NCBI RefSeq assembly: GCF_009914755.1
Contig: NC_060925.1
DNA from: the human T2T-CHM13v2.0 reference genome, Homo sapiens
DNA length: 64,000 nucleotides
Strand: one strand, 5' to 3'
A program made the position numbers and the translations under genes. Of this stretch, positions 53,141-64,000 are shown piece after piece. The notes beneath the pieces were generated by a model. The model worked only from the letters and a program-made list of their open reading frames with translations. It made no database searches and was not told the origin of the DNA. Numbering within the stretch: the first letter of the stretch is position 1; every line of letters begins with the position of its first letter.

Positions 53141-53270
53141 AAATGCTCTACTCAAGTATTCTGGGTTGACCAGATGACCATCTTTTCCCAACTATGTATT
53201 TTCTTAGTAAAAATATATAAACAAATGACATGTGCCCTAGGAAGTTAAGGCACATCAACAGATAGCTGGT

Positions 53271-53324
53271 TAAGTAAGACAAGTACACAATTAGCTTTAA
53301 GTAAGACAAATACACAATTAGCTT
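53271..53324. repeat. 27-bp tandem duplication
   Basis: TAAGTAAGACAARTACACAATTAGCTT x2. Confidence 0.92.
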
Positions 53325-53715
53325 TACTCCAAGGCAAAATTGACTGATGCCAAGCACAGGAGGCAGGATTGCCAAGCACCCATGGCACTCTGCTCAGACT
53401 ATGACCCAGGGAGCAGCTGAGCCATGCGGCTGGGAGAAAGGATAGCACATGCATAGTCAGGCAGTCAGATTCCACTCCTGGTTCTGCAAAGCCCCCCATG
53501 TGGTGTGGCCAGATCACCTAGTGACTCTGGGCCTCCCCATCTTCACTGGTGGAATGAAGGGACTGATCTGAAATCAGTGATCTGCACATATTTCCACAAT
53601 CAACCCTAGGATAGGAGAAAGGAGCTGTGAGTGCCCACACCCAGGGCACACAGAGTGGGGAAGTAACCCCACCTAGCCCACCCCAGGCCAACATTTACTT
53701 AAATGGTCAAAATGG

Positions 53716-53717
<2 letters not shown>

Positions 53718-53748
<31 letters not shown>

Positions 53749-54027
53749 AGACGAGTCTCGCTCTGTCGCCCAGGCTGGAGCACAGTGGCGCGATCTTAGC
53801 TTACAGCAAGCTCTGCCTCCCGGGTTCACGCCTCCTCCTGCCTCAGCCTCCCGAGTAGCTGGGACTACAGGCACCCACCACCATGCCTGGATAATTTTTT
53901 GTATTTTTTAGTAGAGACGGGGTTTCACCGTGTTAGTCAGGATGGTCTCCATCTCCTGACCTTGTGATACGCCCGCCTCGGCCTCCCAAAGTGCTGGGAT
54001 TACAGGCATGAGCCACAGCGCCCGGCC
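53718..54027 (-). mobile_element. AluY-like
   Basis: About 30-nt T tail, cagcaagctc, gtgttagtcaggatgg; TSD TAAATGGTCAAA at 53700-53711 and 54028-54039. Confidence 0.95.
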
Positions 54028-57000
54028 TAAATGGTCAAATTTTTTAAGTGTCAAAAATGCATGCAAATTTGGCGTTCTGTTCCCCAATGCGCACTATATT
54101 ATAAAAACGGTGACAGTTCAGTTTGGAATTTTTCTTTGCAAAATTCTGTCTAAAACCACTACTACCAACCGCCAGAAAAGTTATATCACATTTTTTTCTG
54201 TGGCTTTTTTCATGTCTACAAATTCAGCAAAAGGCCAGATCCTCTGTAATAGTCCTTTATTTTATTTAATAAAATAAAATAAAGCCAAAGTTCTTCTAGG
54301 ACAATGTTCTATCCATTATTATAACACCCACACATTCTAATATTGAGTTGTTTTTAACACTCTAACATTATAACATTGTTACCCTTGATTATTCTAATGT
54401 GCAGACACTATCTCATTCTAATATTCAACCTCTCTACCACATTGAAAGATCCTCTAATCTTCAATTCACCTGTTTTTAGTATTTGATTCTAAGTCATGGA
54501 TGGACAGGAAGGTGCTTCCTTGTCATGGGAGGGCAAATGAGCCCCCAGGAACCCGTGGGAGCCTTTCTGCCAGCACCCAGGCAATTAACAACCTCCACAG
54601 CCACATGACTTGAATTTGTTCATCCTGCAAACGGGACAAAATGACTATCTTAGAAGTTGTTTGAGATCCTTTTCTGCAATGTAATAGCAGTTTATAGCTA
54701 ATATTTGCTGGGTGCTTACTAAAAACTTTACATGCATTCTATCATTTAATCCACCCAAACACCTTACAGGCTGCTATTATTGTTCCCAATTTAGAGGAAA
54801 AACTGAGACTAAGAGAGGTTCAATGACTTGCTCAAGTCTCACAGCTAATTGGGAGAGAGACAGGATTTTAACCCATGACTGTCTGACCTCAGCTCATTCC
54901 TCTGTTGAACTAATGAGCACAGATGGAACTTAGGGGAATAAGGAATCAACCCCAGAACCTAACACAGTGCTAATTAAATATTTATTGAGTAAATGATTGA
55001 GTGAGTGAACAGTACTCTTAGAAATGGACCAATCCTAGGAAATCACTCACTGGCATTCAGATGGGTGAAGGGTTAACCCTACTTTAAAGATAAGATGTTT
55101 TGCAAGATCACACAGCAACAAAGTGGCAGGGATGGGGATGGTGGGTGGACACGGCTGGGACCCAGGTTTGCTTCACATGGTGGCAGAGCTCTCTGTCCTC
55201 CACCCTGCTGCTCCAACAGTGGAGCAGTGCCCACCCTTGGCAGGACCATCCTGGATACCTTGGAAATTTGCTTGCACTGGCTTCAGACAGTCTTGGATTT
55301 AGGTAACTTGGAGATGCTTTAGGGAAACAAGTGTGAAATTTGTGTCTCTCAAGTGAAAGGCAGGATTTTTAAAACCACAGATTAAAATAAAGCTACTTAG
55401 AGGTAATGGGGATGTGAATCAAGAGAATCAAGATCCTTAACCATCTTTATAGCTGCTTCACCATCTCCCTAAAGCCTTAACCATCTTCATAGATCCTTGG
55501 CCATCGTCATAGTCATTGGCCACTCCTGGGAATTCAAGCCTCAGAGAAAAACCTATGATAAGGGCAAAGCTCTCTTCATGGAGATGCCTGGGATAGTGAA
55601 ATAAAATCAGAACAACCCAAAGGTTCAACAATAGAAGGGTGGTTAAGGAAAATGTGGTATTTCCACTCAAGGGGCTACTCTTTAATGTCCATTAAAATGT
55701 ACATTTTCCACATTTTTAATATAGGGAGATATTGATACTCCACTGATGAGCCAGATAACATAGGACAGGAAACTGGCCCTTATGATGTGACCTCAAGGTA
55801 CTAGAAGGTAGACTAGAAGGGGCAGTATGAACGTGTCCATAGAAGTTGCCGTGGAGAATGGAATTATGGGGATTATTTTACTCTCCAAATGGACGCTCTA
55901 TTGCTTTGATAACTAGAAATTCATTAAAAAGAGAAAAGCAGACAAGGAATAAATATAAGAAGGAAGACGAGAAGAAAAATGCCCTGTTCTTGGCTGTCAC
56001 TTCTTTTGAGTGACAGCTTCCCAAGGAAAGCGGAAGTCGCCCCATAGAAAGAAAAATAGAGGAAAAGGATTTAACAAAATCAGAAAGCTTCAAGCCCAAA
56101 TGTACCCCATGACTAAGAACCGATAAAAGCCTGCAAAAGAAAACTCCCACCCCATCTGTCTCCACGACCGAGGCCACCATTCATGAGCCATCAGCATGGC
56201 TGTTTCTAAACAGAGGATTCCAGCTTCAACACAGCACATGTGTCATGACCTTCAACAATTTTCATGCCCTGCCACAGGACTGAGCAACAATACTTATTTT
56301 TAAAATGAATAATAGTTGTCAAAGCAGCCATTATGTATGGAGTACCAACTGTGTGCCAGGTACAGAGTCAACACCTCAACATGCTTGACCTTATTTTATC
56401 TAGATGGCAACTCACAAGACAGGTGCTGGGGTCGTCCTTTGGAGAGATGTGACCTGAGGTTCTTCCATTTTAGTAGCCCACCCGGGGCCAGTGGCAGAGC
56501 TAGAATTCAAACCCTGGCCTCTGACCTTCACCACAACCAGACCCAGCTCCCTAGGCAGGAGCTCTGGAAATATCAACCAACCCATTGCACAGAAGGAAAC
56601 ATTGCTCCTTTTTCTGCTGCCATAAATAAGAATGTGGATGTTCTCTAGTTATTAATTATGGAACGATCTCCAAGTTATCCAGTTAGATTAAAAAATAATA
56701 ATAAAATGCATGGTATACCACTTGTGTATGAAAAATAAAAAAGAATAAATCAATGTGCTTGCCTGTACAGGTATAAAGAAGTCTCTGGAAGCTATGTGAA
56801 AAGCTGGTTACATTGGTTACCTTTAGGGAGGGCGACTGGGAGCAATGCCTTTGTCCTTTTGAATTTTGAATCATGTGAATGCATGATATTAAGCATATAG
56901 AATTTACAAATTCTTAAAATTTAAGGAAAACAAATTTAAAGAACTCATTGCTCTTGAAGGTACAAACAGGTAGATGTCACCAGCCACGTACTCATTAGGA

Positions 57001-57809
57001 CAGGCTCTGAACCATCCCTCCTGGGCTGCCCTTGGGTTTCGCAGCATTAGACCTGGATTTCTTGCCTGTCATTGCCCATAAAAGCTTATTGGCACCATCA
57101 GGTAGTTCTTTAAAGGAGCCCAAGTTAGTGAGTTAGTTCCAAGGGCAGGAACGTATTTGATGGTTGAGATTTGAACTAGGAAGTTCAAAATAAAAAGAGA
57201 GACAAAAAAGTTCAATAACATTTGACTGAAAGAGAGAGAGAGGATTAAAAAGGATTTGATCTATTCCACAAACATTACATAAGCCCTTTTGTATCCCAGA
57301 GCATTGTTGGGCACTGGGATGCAGCAGGAACAGCACAGAGTTCCTGACCTCAGGGAGCTCACGTTCTAGCAGGTGGAGGCAGATGGTAAGTCGCTGAGAA
57401 ATTACGTATTGAAAATAGTCATTGCAACTTGTCTTAAGCCTGGCAAGGGAGCAGAGGGCTCTGGGAGGGGCTAGCAGGGCTGCATTCAGTGCCTCTCAGG
57501 AGGCTACATTCTTACAGCAACCTAAGTGATGTCCAGGAGGCAGCCACCTAGAAGCTTGGGAAAGGCATTCCCTGGCTGAAGGAACAGCCAGTGCAAAGGC
57601 CCTGAGGCGGAATCTTCCAGAGTGGGAGATCATGCACTCTGGGGTGAGAACACCCTGACTGTGGTAGGGGTCTCAGCAAGTCATTCAACCTCTGTGAACC
57701 TTAAATCCCTCCCTGGAAATGGAATAGCAGTAGCTCCAGAGTCCCAAGGCTTTGCACAAGTGCTGTGTGAAGCCCCTTATGAGCCTGTCTCCTCCTCCTT
57801 CAGCTTTAC

Positions 57810-57988
57810 CAGTGGTTCCCAAAGTGGCTCCCATCAACGGCAGCATCTGGGAACCTGCTAGAAATGCAAACTACCCAGCTTCACCCCAGATCCCCTGAAT
57901 CTGAAACTCTGGAACTGGGGACCAGCAGTCTATGTTTTAACAAGCCTTCCTAGTGATGCTTGTTGCAAACTCCGGTACAAAAACCATA
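57810..57988. mobile_element. MER5A
   Basis: cagtggttcccaaagtg...ctgctagaaatgcaaa...tgaatctgaaactctgg...ttttaacaagcc. Confidence 0.88.
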
Positions 57989-58122
57989 GATCTACATCAT
58001 GGTCACCATCATCCTCTTCACCCTTCTTGTCTAGCACTTCCTCTGATACCATCCCTTAACAAGTCACCCACTTCCCAATGTCTCCAATGTTGACCGCTAG
58101 GCCCTTCTGTGGTCCTGAATCA

Positions 58123-58607
<485 letters not shown>

Positions 58608-61600
58608 TAGTTTGAATCCTGGCTCTTCTACTTACCAGCTGTGCGTTCCCAGAAAAGTTTCTTAACCTCTCTGTGTCTTGATGGCTCATCTTTAAAACAA
58701 AGATAATACATTTCCAGGATGGTTGAAAGGATTAAAGATATTAATGTAGATAAAGGTTGGAACAACACCTGCCAGGGGGCACACAATTGAATTTTAGAAA
58801 TTCTGGTTCTCCGGGCCCTTTCTACCCAGGCTCCTGGATTTACCTGCTCCTGTTTCCCTCCGTGTACCTCAGGGACCAGCCAGACTGGGCCACTGTGATT
58901 CCCGAATCTGCATTTTTTTTCATGCCTCCATCCTTTTCCCCATGCTGTGACTTCTATCTGAAACGCTTCTTCCTCCTCACCTACAAAACTCCTGCTAGCC
59001 CATCCTTCCCCTCTGTCCTGCCCCCTCTCCATTCACAACCAGGCTGGCCTAACTACCCCCTCCCCCAACATATGACATCCCTCCCTCTCAGCCTTCAGTC
59101 CCCAGGTACTTAAATGCCTGGTTTTGATGTCTGGCTTCCCTCCTAGTATGTGAGTTCCCTGAAAGCAGAGTTTAGGTCTTATTCATCTTCATAACCTACA
59201 TCTGGCTCTTAGTGAGTGTTTAATAAACATTCATGGAGTAAAAATTAGGAGTGAATTTTTAAAAATGAATTAGAGTTACAGGGACCAACAACTCAAGATC
59301 TTTAAGATACAGTAAGTAACAATTAGAGATGGCAGAAAATTACATACAACACGATCCCATACAGTGACCCTCCGAAAGCTGTATTTCTGGATGTGCATTT
59401 ATATATTGTGTGCAGGATATCTGGAAGAGTAACCAGCAGTAATACCAGGGCTGGAGTTAGGCAGAGAGACTCATTTCAATGGTGGGTGAAGGGTTTGTCT
59501 CCCTGTCTTGTTTGAATTATTACCAAGAGAATGAAGAATTTGTTGTATACTAAAATCAAAGAAAAGAGTTCTCCTATAAAGAGTTGATGTGGAAGCCTTC
59601 CCTCCCCCCGCTTCAGATCCATCCTACATCTGCAGGGGGCTGGGGAGGCCAACAGGTCCTCTGGGCCTGTCCTCCCTGCCCCCCCCCCAACCCCCCCACA
59701 GTCCTCGCTCCTTCCTTGGCTGAGGTGTGATGGACTGGTGAGCAGGACAGTGCTGATGGGGCTGCTTTGGGAAGGGTGGTCAGGCCAAGGGGTGCCTCAG
59801 TCACCTGGGAAACAGCCAGGGAAGGAGAAGATCAGTGAGTGTGGATGGAAGGAAGAGAGAAAAGGATGGAGAGCCTTCTGAAAATCACTGAACCAGCATT
59901 TAGTGAGCATCTACTGTGTTCTGGGAGCTTGCAAGGAACCCAACAGGCCTTACATTTCAGATGGAGAAACTGAGGCCCAAACATGGGAAGGGGCTTGTCT
60001 AGATAGAGGTAGGCCTGGGACTAGAACCCGGGTCTCTCTGCCCTGAGTTCTTCACTGAGAGAGTGGCTCCCAAGGCAGGCCAGGCTTTTCTTACAGACTC
60101 CAGGAGATGGGCTGCCGCACCTCTGGCTGCTTGGGCGCTGGCCCACAACCCCGGAAGGCAGGAGGGAAGCACCTGCCCTTTGTCAGGCTCCTACTACATG
60201 CCAGTTCTCCCCGGAACCCTGAAAGGTAGGCAAAATTATCTCCATTTTACAGATGAGAAAACTGAGGTTCCAAGTGATGAAGTGACCTGCCCAAGACTGT
60301 TTGGTGAATACCTGCTATGTGCCACTCCTACTATGTGCCAAACTAGCCCCCACCTACTGGTCTTGGAGCGATGCTGGGATATCCTAGCTGGTTCAGCAGG
60401 TGAGGAAGACAAGGCTCAGAGAGGCTCAGATGAGGTTGTGTCACCCGAGGTCACACAGCCAGCACATGTGGGCATTCTCACCCTCACCTAGAGAGAAGAG
60501 GACGCTTTCTGGAAAAGGTAGAGTTGGTTGGACAGGGGGTACCTGGGTTTGGGTGTGTCTGTATAGCCCTCCGCTGACCCTAGACAGTGGGGCTCCTACC
60601 TCATTTCTGTCCTCCGTGCCCCAGTCCTTGCAGCTGTGCCTGCCCCTTCTGGCCCCCTCAACTGTCACGGATTATGCCAGGGACCCTGGGGACAGGGGAG
60701 CAAACATCTGGATCCTGTTACAGGGCCTAGCTGGAGGTATGGGGGCAGGGGTGTGAAGCCAGTGGAGCAGGGGCTCTAAATGAGATTCAGAATCTCAGCA
60801 GGGCCCTAGCATGGGTGGGTGAGGGGCCGAGGGGCCGCAGATCCGGGCTGGGCAGGAAGGTGGGATCAGAGCAGACCAGCAAACCCTTCCTGAGCTGCTG
60901 GGGCCAGGCAGGAGGCAGGATTATGGAATTAGTTCAGGAGGCAGTTTTGGGCAGGGGCTGGTGATGGTGGCCCCGGGCAATTGCCCAGCCAGGTTGTGTC
61001 CACCTCCCAGTGGGACACTGGGAGTTCAGTGGGAATATGGTTTGGTTTAGAGGCCAGCCCTTAAGGACAGGTCGCATCAAATTCAGCCTGAAATTCCGGG
61101 CCAGTCAAGGCAGCCCCGTTGTGTAACAAAGTCAACAGGGAGCCTGGGAAGGGCTGTGCAGGGAGCATGGATGGAGGTCCTCACCATGGGGGTGTCCAAG
61201 GGGCTTCACTGTTGCTACCCAGTATGGCCCGCTCTGTGTTGGCAGATTGGGAGGATCAAAAGAAGAAACCCCGCAGTGGGCACCACTTTCAAAGCACTTA
61301 CTGTGCTTGGAGAACATTTGGTGTTCAAGAAAATGCCACAGTGTGGGCATGGTGAGTGTCCACTTGACAGATGAGAAAATAGAGGCTTAGAGAGGTTGGT
61401 GAAGAAACAACTCCCTGGGAGGAGGTGAAACTCAAGCTGGAACAACAGAGAGAGAAGGTGGAGAAGGTATTCCAGGCAGAGGACACAGCAGAAGCAAAAC
61501 CAAGGTGGCAGGACATCCCATGCATTGGGTGGGTGCCTTCTGGGGAAACAGAAGTTTCTCTTGGGCAGGGTAAGAATTCAGATTGGACAGTGAGGAGGGA

Positions 61601-61894
61601 GGTTCAAGACGGTTTCTGAAGTGCTTTGAATGTCAAGGTAAGCGGTTTGGACTTTGTCTTGGAAGTAAGAGGGAGCCATCGAAAGTTCGTAAAGATGGCA
61701 GTGCCACGATTAGAGATGGGCTATCAGGAGAGTCACGAGGGCAACTCTCACCAAATGGGTTAAAGAGAGGAGACAGTGAACACGGAGAGGCAGGCGAGCA
61801 AGGACTCTGTTCATGGGGCCCTGAACAAATGGGCTACTGCACAAATATGTCATGAAGAGGAGGAAATCAAAGAATAATTCTGATTGAAATTACA

Positions 61895-62622
<728 letters not shown>

Positions 62623-63199
62623 ATCGCTTAATGTTTACTGTGAGCTTCCAAGCTTACTGAGTTCCAACATCTACTGAGCCTCATTCTGAGTGCGTGCAGT
62701 ATCTGCCTGGGAAGCGGTGTTAGCATCCCCATTCAATAAATAAGGACGCTGAGATGCATAGGGACCACTTGCCAGAAGGCCACAGAGCTAAGAGGCAGCT
62801 GAGCTGGGGCTGGGATGGAGGCCTCCTTACTCTCCCAACAGTGCTGTTTCCCCGGACCACACTCTCTCCCCACAAGTGTGAGGTGCCAATAGCCAAAGTG
62901 GAGTGGTGAGATCTAGGCCAAGGGCACTGGTACCTAAAGGGGCAGGGCTGGACACCGAGGCACTGACGCCCAGCTCCCTACATTCCTGAGCCTTCCAGGG
63001 CCAAGTCTGCCCTCCAGATGCTTGGACCTAAAGGCACTGGCCATGGGACAAGCCTTACATAAGGCCTATGTGAGACAAACCTCGGATCATGGGACAAGTG
63101 GTTACAGATGGCAGCAAGAGGACAGGGGATATTTACTCCCACTCTGTCCTTAATCTAGAAAGACTTCTTAGCCAGAGTGGAACCTCAGGGACAAGAAGT

Positions 63200-63450
63200 A
63201 GACATAGTGCTGTATCATGGTTAAGATCATGGATTTTGGAGTCAGATAGATCTAGGTTTGAATCCAGTCTCTTCCTTGTACCTGCTGTGTGATCTTGGGC
63301 AAATTATTTAACCTCTCTGAGCCCAATTTCCTTATCTTTAAAAAAAAGAATGATGATGCCTTCCTCTCAGAATTTTTGTGAGCATTACATAAGGTAATAA
63401 ATGTAAATTACTTAGCTTCAGGACTGGCACATAGTAGATACACAATAAAT
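63200..63450 (+). mobile_element. MIR (near full length)
   Basis: atggttaagatcatggattttggagtcaga...ctgtgtgatcttgggcaaattatttaacctctctgagc...ctggcacatagtag. Confidence 0.9.
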
Positions 63451-63799
63451 AATAGTCAGATTAGAGCCTGGGGCTCACCCCCATGACCATGTGACACCAT
63501 GGGTGATCCCAGTTGGATCTAAGTTCCTTGGGGATCTCTGAATTCCTGATAGCATGTGGTGGCGTTGGCACATCCCAAGGCAGGTGTGTGCCCATCCTAG
63601 GATGGGGCTGCAGGTATTCCAGGTACCTACATCTGGGTCCCAGGCCAGTGCTTCTTGGGGGCTGGGGTGAGGATCAAAATAACAATGGCAGTGGTGGGGG
63701 TGGTGACAAGGAGGATGTCAGAGGTGATGAAGTCTTGTGGAACCCTAATCTGAGTCCTTCCCTCACCCCACCCCCACACTTTTAGTAAAAATTTCAACA

Positions 63800-64000
63800 C
63801 TGACTGAGCCATTGTTTGCACTGTTTTCAAAGCTTTACACGCATCGGCACATCAATCTTCCCAGTATCCCTGTGAGGTGGCTCTGTGCCATCCCCATTTT
63901 CAGATGAGGAAGCTGAGGCACAAGCAGGCAGAATGGCTTGCCCCAGATCCCATAGCTGTAAGTAGCAGATCCAAGATGCTAACTCAAGTCTGTCTGATTC
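63800..64000 (-). mobile_element. MIR
   Basis: ccccattttcagatgaggaagctgaggcaca...gtaagtagcaga. Confidence 0.85.

Noticed and set aside
58769-58782. CTCF-like CTGCCAGGGGGCAC, and similar partial matches near 10158 and 20442
   Set aside because: Mismatches or a missing G at core positions; not distinguishable from chance in GC-rich DNA.

Overview
Human (primate) genomic DNA covering the 3' end of PAX7 (1p36) on the + strand. It holds the distal ~17.7 kb of intron 7, exon 8 (17693-17939), intron 8 and the terminal exon 9 (CDS 26878-26993, OAR-type tail). A ~3.9 kb 3'UTR ends near 30930. The remaining ~33 kb is repeat-rich flank (Alu, MIR, L1, L2, MaLR LTRs, hAT-Charlie MERs) with no supportable gene. 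Two alternative PAX7 ends are visible: spliced exon 9 (38-aa tail, long UTR) and exon 8 read-through (53-aa tail, stop 18098-18100, AATAAA 18175-18180). The most interesting observation is that the read-through end appears to be built from two old transposons. An antisense MIR encodes its last 17 residues and stop codon, and the end of a MER33/Charlie1-type DNA transposon supplies the poly(A) signal. That isoform would lose both the OAR tail and a dense cluster of paired miR-1/206 + miR-133 seed sites in the long UTR. Several homeodomain/TALE/FOX-motif-rich unique blocks look like developmental enhancers. I see no foreign DNA and no wholly new gene system. Repeat family calls come from remembered consensus sequences, their boundaries are approximate, and motif searches were done by eye.
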